Source of the DNA: Terriglobia bacterium
GTDB lineage: Bacteria > Acidobacteriota > Terriglobia > Bryobacterales > UBA6623
DNA length: 64,000 nucleotides
Assembly: GCA_963824095.1 (NCBI GenBank)
Contig: CAWGNS010000008.1
Coordinates: 755,627-819,626 of the forward strand
Direction of reading: 5' to 3'
Part shown: positions 31,493 to 41,388 of the stretch, piece by piece
Numbering within the stretch: the stretch's first letter is position 1
How the letters are laid out: every line of letters begins with the position of its first letter
Translations under genes and position numbers: made by a program
Notes under the pieces: model-generated
Seen by the model: the letters and a program-made list of their open reading frames with translations, nothing else
Told to the model about the DNA's origin: nothing
Database searches by the model: none

Positions 31493-34400
31493 TCAGGGCC
31501 CTTGCAAAGGACGAATCAGCCGCAATGCGGGCCTTGTTATATATTCTCGACGGTAAGCCTCATAGGCTGGTCCCGCCGGATAGCTTTCCCGCGGCCCGTA
31601 AGGGTAAGCCGACATCCGATGGAACGGCAACGGCTCGACGCTGTCGCCGAAGGCGGTGTTGGCATCCTGCTCTTTCGCCCAGCCGTCCACGAAGAGTAGA
31701 AAATCGCGCCGCCAGCCCTTCGCCACGGGCGGCAGCGGGGCGGCGTCGAAGCGCAGCGCCACTTCGTCGCCGGCGCCCATGATCACCATGCGATCGTCGA
31801 CGGCGCCGAGCAGCTCGCGGACATCGCCGAAGCGCGTGTAGAGTCCCGGGGTCGGGTTCCACATCGAGGTCGGCCGCAGGCGCGCGTAGTGGAACATCTC
31901 GGGCTGCTTGCGCTGCGGGTCGACGTCGACCTGCGAGAAGCCGCGGAAGTGCAGGCGGCTCTCCGCCGGTGACAGCTCGGTCAGCTTCGCTTGCGGCGCG
32001 GAGGTGCCCGTCGCGGCGAAAATCTCATCCCAATAGACGCACATGTTGCTGGTGATGCGGATGCGCCGGGAGGCCGAGGGAAACTTACCGCTGAGGTCGA
32101 CTGCGATGGTGCGCGGGCGGCCGGCGGGCAGGCCGACATCGGCCACGGCCTTGACCCAATGGCCCTGGCCGTCCTCGACTTCGAGGTAAGGACCGAACAT
32201 GGCGTCGCGCGGATTCTGCCCGGCGGCGGTGATCGCGCTGGCGTCGGCCCAGTCGACCCACCCGCGCAGGAACAGCACGGCATCGTTGCGCCCCGCCAGC
32301 TCCGGGAAATCCAGCGTAATCGAGTGCGTCTCGGCGCGCGCCGCGAAATCCCTCTGGAACTGGTCGGGATAGCGATCGTCGGTCTTGACGACGCGGTCGA
32401 GAACGTCGCGGCCCCGGTTGTCGACGGCCGACGAGGGGTGCAACCGCCCGGAAACTCCATACAGCTTGAAGGCGGGGAACGGCGGAAACTTGAATTTTTC
32501 GCTGCTGTAGATTTCGAGATCGTCGGGGTGATCGACGGCGATCAGCTTGATCTGATCGAGATAGGCGACCTCGCGCAGTTCCTCGGTGATGCGCACCTCG
32601 TAGGAGCCATCCTGCTCGCGCAGTTGGTTGCGGTCGATCCAGACGTACTCGTCGTGATCGACCGGGAAGAACTTGCCGTCGCCCATGCCGGCGCCCAGCG
32701 GCGCGACGCCGAGCACTTCGCTGATGAACTCGAACTGGCTGCCGTTCCAGGTGTAGATCATCGGGCAGGAGCCCGACAGGCGCGGCTTTTCCTCGTAGTG
32801 CTGCGGCGCGCCGACCGGCTGCTCGGTTTCGTTCTGGATCAGCCCGTTGGGCCAGGTGATGCGCACGGTTTCGAGCGACCGCGCGCCGCCGACGCCGAAG
32901 TGTAACGGCACGCCCTGGTAGACCTTCTTGCTGTAAACTTCGCCCGCCTTGACCTCGACCCGCGCGCCCTCAGCCAGCTTGGGACTCTTGACGCCCTCGA
33001 GCGAGATCGCCACATAGCCGTTGGGGGTCTCGGTGGCGTTCGAGAGCAGGTGCATACCGCCCGAAGCATCGAGCGCGGCAAGATCGGCGCGGCCGTCGGC
33101 ATCGAAATCGGCGGCGGCCGCCGCGGCGAGATTGGAGGGCATTCCGGCAACCTGGCCGGCTTGCAGGCGCGCCACCTGGAAGCCGCCGTGGGGCGAGCCG
33201 GCCGCGCCCTGGTTCACCAGCAGCTCGCCGGCGGCGACGGCGTCGCTCCAGCCGCGGTTCTGCACGTCTTCCCACGCCAGCACCGGCGCATCGAAGCGTT
33301 TCACCGGCGCGCAGCGAGCCCTCGTGGTTCTCGAGAATCTGGGTCCAGCCGCCGGTCTCGGCGAGCGAGGTTAGCGCCAGGTCGAGATAGCCGTCGTCGT
33401 TGTAGTCGACGACGTCAAGGCGCAACCGTCCGGAGGCCGTCTTGGCGCCGTCGAGGCGATGCGGCTCGAAGACCGCCATCTTGCGGTCGTCGTAGTACAC
33501 GACCTTGTCCTCATAGGCGATCACGATGTCGAAGGTGTTGTCCTCGAACAGTTCGCCCGAGGCGGCCGCCAGCGCCCGCGATCCCTTGTCGAACGGAAAC
33601 GAATCGCTGACGTCGAGGAACGTGCCGTCGCCGTTATTGCGCAGCAGGACCTGATCGGCGCCCACCAACATCAGATCGAGATCGTAATCGTGGTCGTAGT
33701 CGATCCACAGAGCCTGCTCGAAATTGCCTTGCGCGACCGGCTGCGGCTTCGCCGAAAACGAGCCCTGTTGGTTGACCAGAACCATCGCGCCCCGCGGGCC
33801 GACCCAGGCCAGGTCGGGGAAACCATCGTTGTTGAAATCGCCCGGCGCGATATCGCGGATCTCTCCTTCGGGAGGCGTCAGCGGCGCCGCCTGCAGCGTC
33901 CCACCAGCGTTGAGCAACAGCTCCGCCGCGCTATCGGACCAGGCCACAACGTCGGGCTTGCGGTCGCCATTCGCGTCGAGCACGGCGATGCCCCGCGGCT
34001 TGCCGGCAAGAGGGCCGGGCAGCGCCTGGTCGCGGAAGGTGGTCTCGGCTTTCAACGCCGCCGGCGCCACCGGCTCCTTCGGGTCATACAGCTCGGCGTA
34101 GAAGCTCCAGTCCACGTCCTCGCCGACGGCGGCGCCTTCCTGCGCCTTCTTGAGGCGTTGAAAATCGACCATCGCCTGCTTGGCGGCGGCGGGGTCGCTG
34201 CGCCGCAGGATGTTATACATCTGGAACTGCGGAGCGGCCATGCTGGGGTCGAGCTTTGCCGCCAGCCGAAACTCGGCGAGCGCCCTTTCGTTATCGTCCT
34301 TGAGCTTGTAGAGCTGCCCCAGGTTGTAGTGGGCCTTGGCTTCGTGGGGCGTGAGCTTCAGCATCTGCTCGAATTCGGTGATCGAGCGGTCGATGTCGCC

Positions 34401-34760
34401 GGTCTTCTTGAACTCGATGCCGAGATTGAAATAGGTGTGCGGCAGCGACGGGTCGATCTGCTTGGCCTTTTCGATCTCGGCGACGCCTTCCTCGCTTTGT
34501 CCGGCACGCAACAAGGCCAGGCCGAGATTGAGGTGCTCCTGGGCCGAGGAAGGATTGATTTCCAACGCCTTGCGCAGCGCGTCGACCGCCTGCGTTTGGG
34601 CTCCGGGATTCTCGTAGAAAGCTTTGCCGAGATTGCGCAGCTCCTGCAGGCGCGCGCGTTGCTCGGCGGTCAGCGGCGCGCGTGAGGAGGGAGCAAACTG
34701 CAGCACAGCGGCCCCCAGCGCGCCCAGCGCCACGACGACCGCAACCAATTGAGCCTTCAT
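31493..34760 (-). CDS. Large TPR plus VCBS plus ASPIC/UnbV protein, split by a 1-nt insertion near 33297
   Basis: The TPR and DFNNDG repeats in ORF 32970..34961 stop making sense after GSLRAGETL; the VCBS/ASPIC part and SCPMIYTWNG continue in ORF 31493..33304. Confidence 0.8.
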
Positions 34761-34882
34761 GAGTTTGCCTATCATGGTAGCGAAGTCCCCCAGTGGGGGC
34801 AGTAGTGTATTTACGCGAGGGGAACCAGCGTCGCCCGGGGGGCTAGGGCGCCTCGGGGTAAGCCAGCCGCTCTTCCGACAGG

Positions 34883-35617
34883 CTAGCAGTATCCCAGCAA
34901 CGACAGGATCCGTTTCGGGTCGGCCAGCCGAAACGCAGCGGTCGGTGCGCAACGCGGGCACACCTCGTCGGTGTCTTTCGAGTATTCGACCGTGGCCAAC
35001 AGGTGCTGACGGGCAGGAATCAACTCCTGCAACACACGGTTGGCCTCGCGAAATGTCGCCGGATGATCCGGCTTGCGGTGATCCTGCCAGGACGCCTCCA
35101 CCTCGGCGGGGTCGACAAGTTCCGCCAACCGCAGAAAATCGCTGGCGTGCTTGGCGGGTACGGGCAAACCCTCGGCGACATCGAGCGCCAGACGGGCCGA
35201 CCTCGCCACCAGGTCTTCGAGAGAGACGACCTGGATCGCACCGGCCGGACTATCCAGGCGCAACGTGCGGCTCATGGTTGCGCCAGAGGCGCGAAAAACG
35301 TCGACGCGAAGCGCGCTATCGGGGTCGACGAACTGCAGCAGGATTTTGCCGGCAGGGTCCGACGGATGGATATGCCGGAACAGGAAATCCTCGGCCAGTG
35401 TCTCGGGGAAGCAGTCGAACGCGCCGGTGACGAAATCGAGGTCGTTTAGGGCGCGGAGGGAGGGTACGCGGCCCAGCCGCAGGCAATGAAGCTCGATGGC
35501 AAGCCCGCCCGTGAGTACCCACTGCCCAATGGCGTGACGGGCAAGCTTCCGAAACGTGGCCCTTGCCCGGTCCGCGTCGCGGGTGGACAGAAATTGCTCG
35601 ATCCCGTTTAGATCCAC
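34883..35617 (-). CDS. Hypothetical protein with nucleotidyltransferase-like motifs
   Basis: GTG start after GAGGA; WVLTGGLA..RALNDLDFV..RVDVF..VSLEDL; C-terminal CPRC. Confidence 0.6.
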   Translation of the reverse strand: MDLNGIEQFLSTRDADRARATFRKLARHAIGQWVLTGGLAIELHCLRLGRVPSLRALNDLDFVTGAFDCFPETLAEDFLFRHIHPSDPAGKILLQFVDPDSALRVDVFRASGATMSRTLRLDSPAGAIQVVSLEDLVARSARLALDVAEGLPVPAKHASDFLRLAELVDPAEVEASWQDHRKPDHPATFREANRVLQELIPARQHLLATVEYSKDTDEVCPRCAPTAAFRLADPKRILSLLGYC

Positions 35618-35680
35618 ATCCTCTTGTCGTCGTGCCTTGGCCCGGCCGCTTGGGACCCCGCCGGCCATGGCCCGCCCAAG

Positions 35681-37174
35681 TCAGTCGCCCTGCTTGATCT
35701 GCTTCTCGATGGTCTGCAGAGCGGCCTGGATCGGCGCGTCGCGGCGTGCCTCCACCTCATCCCCCTTGGCCACCCCCAACGTCAGGTTGAAAACCTCCTG
35801 CTGCAGCCGCTCGCGAATGTACTCCACGGTGGAGGACCACTCGGAAAGACTGGGCTGGATGCGCCGCTCGGAAAGGAAGAGCTGGAAGGCGTCGAGCATC
35901 CGCGGGCCAACCTCGAAATCTTCGGAAATGCCGGGGTGTTCGCGCACGTAACGCCGCGCGAAATCGAGGAACGAATTGCTGGCTTCCATCACGGTCTCGA
36001 GCCGGTTGGTGTAGCCGCGCGGCAGCACGAACTGGTCGGGTTGGATGCCGCCCTTTTCCGCGACCACGCGGCCGGCGTCGGTCTTGAATACCTTGGAAGA
36101 GTCCTTCTTGTCGTCGCCGCACGGCACCAACTGGTAGAGCCGGCAGTCGCCGAGATTGCGCTGGATCGAGCGGCCGCTGGGCGTCAGATACTGCGCGGTG
36201 GTGATCGCCAGCGCGGTGCCTTCCGACAGCTCGAATACGCTCTGCACCAGGCCCTTGCCGAAACTCGGCTCGCCAATGATGGTGGCCCGGTCATGGTCCT
36301 GCAGCGCGCCCGACACCAGCTCGGCGGCGCTGGCGCTGTGGCTGTTCACCAGCACGGCCATCGGAAATGCGTAGGGCTCGACGCCCTCGGGCACGCGCAC
36401 TTCCTCCTGCGGCCCGTCGCGGCCCTGGATCCAGAGAATTCGCTGATCGGGCTTGAGGAAAAACGAGGCGATGCGCACGGCGGCTTCGACCACCCCGCCC
36501 GGATTGTCGCGCATGTCGAGCACCAGCCCTTGGAGAGCGTGGCCGCCCAGCTCCTCGATCGCCACCGAGAGATCCTCGGCGGTGTGGACGTCAAAATTGG
36601 CGACTTTGACGTAGCCAATGCCCGGCTTGAGAAGGAATTTCCGCGGCACGCTGGGGTCGGCCAGCTCCGCCGGAACCAGCGTGATCGGAATCAGCCGCGC
36701 AAAACCGGCCCGTCGCACCAGCAGCTCCGCCTTGGCATGGCGCGATTGTCCCAACACCGCGGCGAGTTGGTTGATGTCCATCTCGGTGAGCGAGAAGTTG
36801 TTAACGGCGACAATCTCGTCGCCGGGCGCCAGTCCGGCCCGCGCCGAGGGGCTACCCTCCAGCGTCTGCAGCACCACGACGCGGCCGGGCACGAGTTGCA
36901 GCACGCTGCCGAAGCCGGTTTCGGTCGACGTCTGCATGTGCTTGAGCGACGCGTATTGGTCGCGGTCGAGGAACGCCGAGTGCGGGTCGAGCGTGTGCAC
37001 CATGCCGGGGATGGCGCCCTGATAAAAAGCCGCTTCGGGGTCGGTAATCGGGTCGGCGAGGTTCTTTTCGAGCGCCGTATAGACGTCGATGAGACGCTTG
37101 ACTTGGGGTTCCAGATCGCCCGCTAGAGCGCGCAGGGGAAACGTAACCAGCAGAAAGGAAAGAAGAAAACGCAT
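35681..37174 (-). CDS. S41 family carboxyl-terminal processing protease (PDZ)
   Basis: LDPHS, LDMRDNPGG, SASAAELVSGALQD, FGKGLVQ. Confidence 0.93.
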   Translation of the reverse strand: MRFLLSFLLVTFPLRALAGDLEPQVKRLIDVYTALEKNLADPITDPEAAFYQGAIPGMVHTLDPHSAFLDRDQYASLKHMQTSTETGFGSVLQLVPGRVVVLQTLEGSPSARAGLAPGDEIVAVNNFSLTEMDINQLAAVLGQSRHAKAELLVRRAGFARLIPITLVPAELADPSVPRKFLLKPGIGYVKVANFDVHTAEDLSVAIEELGGHALQGLVLDMRDNPGGVVEAAVRIASFFLKPDQRILWIQGRDGPQEEVRVPEGVEPYAFPMAVLVNSHSASAAELVSGALQDHDRATIIGEPSFGKGLVQSVFELSEGTALAITTAQYLTPSGRSIQRNLGDCRLYQLVPCGDDKKDSSKVFKTDAGRVVAEKGGIQPDQFVLPRGYTNRLETVMEASNSFLDFARRYVREHPGISEDFEVGPRMLDAFQLFLSERRIQPSLSEWSSTVEYIRERLQQEVFNLTLGVAKGDEVEARRDAPIQAALQTIEKQIKQGD

Positions 37175-37371
37175 CAAAGCGCCAGTGGGGGTGGAATCTC
37201 TGCTCCCTGATTATATATCCCCTTTCGCGGCCGGGGGTTTCATCGATTTCGGGGATCTCGAGGGATCGGCCCTCCCGGAGGCCTCGTTGGGCGGGACTCT
37301 GGTGGGCTGCGCCGGCGTGTTCGCCGGGTTTATTTGCCTGGCGACGTTGGCTTGTCGGGTGGGTGGGGAAC

Positions 37372-37413
37372 GTCCGCCTCAGGCGGACGCTGCCGGACGG
37401 AGACCCGCGCCAC
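37372..37413 (-). repeat. REP-like family A variant
   Basis: Reverse complement reads GTGGCGCGGGTCTCCGTCCGGCA, with the alternative hairpin GTCCGCCTGAGGCGGAC. Confidence 0.65.
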
Positions 37414-37645
37414 TACGAGGGTCACCCGTAGCGTCTCGCCGCATAGAGTCGCGCCCAACATAGCCACCGCGAGCCACACTGACACAACGCGCTCCGGGGC
37501 GTGGCCGGCCGGGGCATGTCATCATAACTACGATAGAAAACTATGATCGGCGGCGTAACTACAGTCCGCGGGGGCCGGCGGATGCCGGCCGAATCGCAGC
37601 GCCGGCGAAGCTTGGCGCGGAAGACGCAGGGAGATTCGATACTCG

Positions 37646-39031
37646 ATGAAACGGCATGACATGGTGATCATCGGCGCCGGCCCGGGCGGGTATGTGGCTG
37701 CTATCCGGGCGGCGCAGTTGGGTCTCGACGTCGCCTGCATCGAGAAAGAGAAAGCGCTGGGCGGCACCTGCCTGCGCATCGGCTGCATCCCCAGCAAGGC
37801 GATGCTCGAATCAAGCGAGCTGTACCACGAAGCGTCCAGCGGGTTTTCCGAACATGGGCTGGTGCTCAACCAGGTCGGGCTCGACCTGAAAAAGATGCTC
37901 GACCGCAAGGAACGCGTCGTCAAGCAGCTCACCGGCGGCGTCGGCCAGTTGTTCCGCAAGAACAAGGTGACCCGCTATGAGGGCCAAGCCCGCTTGGCGG
38001 GCGGCGGCCGCGTAGTGGTCACCGGCCCAGAAGGCGAAACCGAACTCGAAGCCGCGCACATCGTCGTCGCCACCGGCAGCAAGAGCGCGCCCTTGCGCGG
38101 CGTGGAGTTCCATGGCGACCGCATCGGGACGAGCACCGAGGCGCTGAGCTACGACGAAGTTCCGCGGCGGCTGGTGGTAATCGGCGCGGGCTATATCGGC
38201 CTCGAGATGGGTTCGGTATGGAAGCGGCTCGGCTCGCAGGTCACGATGCTCGAATACCTCGACCGCATCCTGCCGGGGATGGACTCGGAGCTGGCCGGCG
38301 AGGCGCGCAAGATTTTCGAAAAGCAGGGCCTGGAGTTCCGCCTGGGGACCAAGGTCACCGCCGCGCACGTCAAGGGAGATGTGTGTATCGTCGAACGCGA
38401 GGGGGCCGAGCCGATCGAGTGCGACCGGGTGCTGGTTGCTGTAGGACGCCAGCCCAATACCGAGGGTCTGGATCTCGCAGCGGCCGGGGTCGAGCTCGAC
38501 GACAAGGGCCGGATCCAGGTCGATGACCGCTTCGCCACCTCGGCCGAGGGCATCTACGCGATCGGCGACGTCATTCGCGGTCCGATGCTGGCCCACAAGG
38601 CCGAGGAGGAAGGTATCGCCTGCGTGGAAGGCATTGTGACCGGCTACGGGCACGTCAACTACGACGTGATTCCGGCCGTGGTGTACACGCACCCCGAAAT
38701 CGGCTCGGTCGGCAAGACCGAAGACGAGCTGAAAGCGGCAGGCGTCGAGTACCGCAAGGGCGAATTCCCCTTCCGCGCCAACGCGCGCGCCAAAACGCTC
38801 GCCCAGGTGGAAGGTAAGGTGAAAATCCTCGCCAACGCCAAGACCGACCGCGTGCTGGGAGTCCATATTTTCGGCCCGCGGGCGGGCGATCTGATCGCCG
38901 AGGCTGCGCTCGCCATGGAGTTTGGGGCCAGCAGCGAAGACATCGCCCGAACCAGCCACGCGCACCCCACCCTGGCCGAAGCCGTCAAGGAAGCCGCCCT
39001 GGCCGTGGACGGCCGAACGATCAATTTCTAG
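37646..39031 (+). CDS. lpdA: Dihydrolipoyl dehydrogenase
   Basis: GAGPGGY, GGTCLRIGCIPSK, GAGYIGLE, HPTLAE. Confidence 0.97.
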   Translation: MKRHDMVIIGAGPGGYVAAIRAAQLGLDVACIEKEKALGGTCLRIGCIPSKAMLESSELYHEASSGFSEHGLVLNQVGLDLKKMLDRKERVVKQLTGGVGQLFRKNKVTRYEGQARLAGGGRVVVTGPEGETELEAAHIVVATGSKSAPLRGVEFHGDRIGTSTEALSYDEVPRRLVVIGAGYIGLEMGSVWKRLGSQVTMLEYLDRILPGMDSELAGEARKIFEKQGLEFRLGTKVTAAHVKGDVCIVEREGAEPIECDRVLVAVGRQPNTEGLDLAAAGVELDDKGRIQVDDRFATSAEGIYAIGDVIRGPMLAHKAEEEGIACVEGIVTGYGHVNYDVIPAVVYTHPEIGSVGKTEDELKAAGVEYRKGEFPFRANARAKTLAQVEGKVKILANAKTDRVLGVHIFGPRAGDLIAEAALAMEFGASSEDIARTSHAHPTLAEAVKEAALAVDGRTINF

Positions 39032-39262
39032 GCCAACCACCCCTGGGCGTCCAACCCGCGAAGCGAACGAACAGGGCCCCACCCGGGGAGGGTGCGGGCC
39101 GAGGCGGCACGGTGGCGGGGAGAGACGGGTGCCGGGGGAGAAGAGGCGGCCGGGGTGAGCCCGTGGCTGTAAGGCGGCCTTTGACCGTCTGTCGCGATCC
39201 ATACCGTTTTGAACCGGATCTGTTCCACTTTGAAATGGTTCTTTGCCGGTTTGGCGTGGTTT

Positions 39263-39316
39263 CGTGCCGCTTCGGCCCGCAGGCTTCCGCCAGCGGCTCC
39301 GTTTCCTGGGGCCTAG
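39263..39316 (+). repeat. REP-like family C copy
   Basis: CGTGCCGCTTCGGCCCGCAGGCTTCCGCCAGCGGCTCCGTTTC, nearly identical to 47370-47423. Confidence 0.8.
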
Positions 39317-39404
39317 ATTTCGTGCCTCTGGGGGGCTTTGGTGGGGCGCCTTGGCAGACCCTGCCACTACCGGGCCGCCAATTCGCTACAATGATCGGAA
39401 ACCT

Positions 39405-39539
39405 ATGGCAGACGAAAGCAAGCTCTATCAGGCCGAATACTTGGGCAGCGGGACGTTCCACGTCACCAAGCCGAAACGTAAACCCAAGAAGCAGCGCCAG
39501 ACGCGCGTCAAGAACCGCCAGCGCGGCGCCCGCAAGTAG
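39405..39539 (+). CDS. 44-aa Lys/Arg-rich microprotein
   Basis: MADESKLYQAEYLGSGTFHVTKPKRKPKKQRQTRVKNRQRGARK; TACAAT -10 at 39387-39392; mostly G/C-ending codons. Confidence 0.6.
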   Translation: MADESKLYQAEYLGSGTFHVTKPKRKPKKQRQTRVKNRQRGARK

Positions 39540-39959
39540 GCCCGACGCAGCGGAGCCAACCGCGGGCCCCACTCACCTCGGGCGGTCGCCCATCCCGGCT
39601 GGAAAGTCCATGTCCTGCGCGTGCTGGATACGCCCGGGGCAAATCTCCCCCAAGCGGCTCGCGTAGATTTCTGGGCGTTTGGCCCGAGTCCGTGCAGGCC
39701 TAAGCGTCTACGCGGGTATGTCCATGTGGGTCTAACGGGACAGCGCGACCCAGCGTGGGCCGGGCGGCCTGCTGGCATGTGGGCGGCGATCCCGCACCTG
39801 CGCCGACCACCCAGCTCGGGTATATCGCATCGAGCATGCTACACCCATCGGAAAACGGTCGCGGTCAATCAGAGACACCGGACCCCTCGTGTTGAATATC
39901 TCAGCTTGAACGAATTTCCCGGCCGATTTGCGGATTTCTCTTCCCTGGGGAGGCTTTTG

Positions 39960-40128
39960 TTCCGGAGACTGCTGGCTGAGATAACGCCCCACGGAGGGGG
40001 GAGGCGGTTCGTCAGGAAGTTGGGGGGGAAGAACCCCGCAGGGCGTCTCTCAGGTCAGCACTTCCGAAATGACGCCCTGCAGGGTGAGGCGTTTTGGGTC
40101 GTCGGGGGGGAATCCCTGCAGGGCGCAT
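39960..40128 (-). ncRNA. Two tandem homologous hairpins with C-rich loops (candidate sRNA or 3' UTR module)
   Basis: Stems at 40073-40125 and 39984-40046 start CGCCCTGC on the minus strand. Both loops carry TTCCCCCCC and CGCCTC. Stem mismatches are G-U only on the minus strand. Confidence 0.6.
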
Positions 40129-40141
40129 ATCGCAGAAGGAG

Positions 40142-40297
40142 CTATCTCCTCTTGGTCGGAGATCTATGGTCTGGCCGTTGGTCCTGACCCACCGCTCGGA
40201 CGATGAGTGCGAGAACCCCCCACTCCAGAGCCAGGGCGAGGGAGAAGGATGGAACGAGCGCCCCAAGCACCAGAGCAAGTGACCAGATGGGATCCAT
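40142..40297 (-). CDS. 51-aa small membrane protein, leaderless (absent from ORF track)
   Basis: MDPIWSLALVLGALVPSFSLALALEWGVLALIVRAVGQDQRPDHRSPTKRR; ATG about 2 nt after the predicted sigma54 +1. Confidence 0.65.
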   Translation of the reverse strand: MDPIWSLALVLGALVPSFSLALALEWGVLALIVRAVGQDQRPDHRSPTKRR

Positions 40298-40309
40298 GCC
40301 GCGCTACGA

Positions 40310-40325
40310 AGCAAGCTGGATGCCA
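40310..40325 (-). promoter_or_regulatory. Sigma54 (-24/-12) promoter
   Basis: Minus strand TGGCATCCAGCTTGCT versus consensus TGGCACG-N4-TTGCW, with exact spacing. Confidence 0.7.
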
Positions 40326-40420
40326 AACGAAAACAGGCCTATTTCCGTAATATGCCCGCCCTTAGGTCGCCTTGGCCGCAGGCCGCAAATGGTACTTCTT
40401 ACCACCTGTACGCGCCTGAT

Positions 40421-40437
40421 TGTGTAAAAATTTCACA
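40421..40437. promoter_or_regulatory. Possible enhancer-binding protein site (TGT-N11-ACA)
   Basis: TGTGTAAAAATTTCACA, an AT-rich dyad about 125-140 bp upstream of the sigma54 start. Confidence 0.45.
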
Positions 40438-40466
40438 CTAGGGTACGTAGAACGCCCAGGGTCCGT

Positions 40467-40751
40467 ATGACACCGAAATCGCCGGCTGCTCGCCGATACG
40501 TCGTCCATGGCCGCGTGCAAGGGGTCGGCTTTCGCTATTTCGTGGAGCGGGAGGCCCGGCGGCTGGGGCTGGACGGCTATGTCAAGAACCGCGCCGACGG
40601 CACCGTCGAGGTCTACGCCAGCGGCTCCGAGAAGCAGGTGAGCGAGCTCAAGAGCCTGTTATGGACCGGGCCCGGCCTGGCCCGCGTCGACAACGTCGAG
40701 GAACGTGAAAGCGAAGCCGGGCAGCGCAGCGGCTTCAGGGTGGAATTCTAA
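40467..40751 (+). CDS. acyP: Acylphosphatase
   Basis: GRVQGVGFR, GYVKN..DGTVE, GP..ARV. Confidence 0.95.
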   Translation: MTPKSPAARRYVVHGRVQGVGFRYFVEREARRLGLDGYVKNRADGTVEVYASGSEKQVSELKSLLWTGPGLARVDNVEERESEAGQRSGFRVEF

Positions 40752-40865
40752 AGGGCCGGGGAAGCCTTCCCGCCCCCGGGAACGGCATTTCCAGCCTGGA
40801 TTCTGCCGCCGCCGGCGACCCGCTGCGCTACACTGGAAGGCCTTGTTACCGAACTCTCACAACCG

Positions 40866-41387
40866 ATGAACGACCTGAAAAAGCTAATCCGCGAGGTCCC
40901 GGACTTTCCCAAGCCGGGCATTCTTTTCTACGACATCACGACTCTGTTGAAGGACCCCGGGGGCCTGGGACGGCTCACCGAGGCGATAGCGGCTCACTAC
41001 CGCGACAACCCCCCGGACGTGATCGCCGGCATCGAGGCCAGGGGCTTTATGTTCGGCCCGACGCTGGCCGTCCAGCTCAAGCTGGGTTTTGTGCCCATCC
41101 GCAAGCCGGGCAAGCTGCCGGCGGCGAGCATCCGGGTCACCTATGACCTGGAATACGGTAGCGACTGCCTCGAAGTCCACCAGGACGCCATCGAGCCCGG
41201 CCAGCGGGTGCTGATCGTCGACGACCTGCTGGCGACCGGCGGCACGGCCCTGGCGACCTGCCAGCTCGTCGAAAAGCTCGGCGGGGTGGTCAGCGGCGTG
41301 GCTTTTGTCATCGAGCTGGACTTTCTCAAAGGCCGCGACAAGCTCGCCAAATACGACGTCTTTTCCGTTCTTCAATACGACAAGTAG
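40866..41387 (+). CDS. apt: Adenine phosphoribosyltransferase
   Basis: PDFPKPGILFYDIT, EARGF, RKPGKLP, LEYG, VDDLLATGGT. Confidence 0.97.
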   Translation: MNDLKKLIREVPDFPKPGILFYDITTLLKDPGGLGRLTEAIAAHYRDNPPDVIAGIEARGFMFGPTLAVQLKLGFVPIRKPGKLPAASIRVTYDLEYGSDCLEVHQDAIEPGQRVLIVDDLLATGGTALATCQLVEKLGGVVSGVAFVIELDFLKGRDKLAKYDVFSVLQYDK

Positions 41388-41388
41388 C

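Noticed and set aside
40420-40438. Rex or CRP operator
   Set aside because: TGTG-to-CACA spacing is 9 nt rather than 8; kept only as a possible enhancer site.
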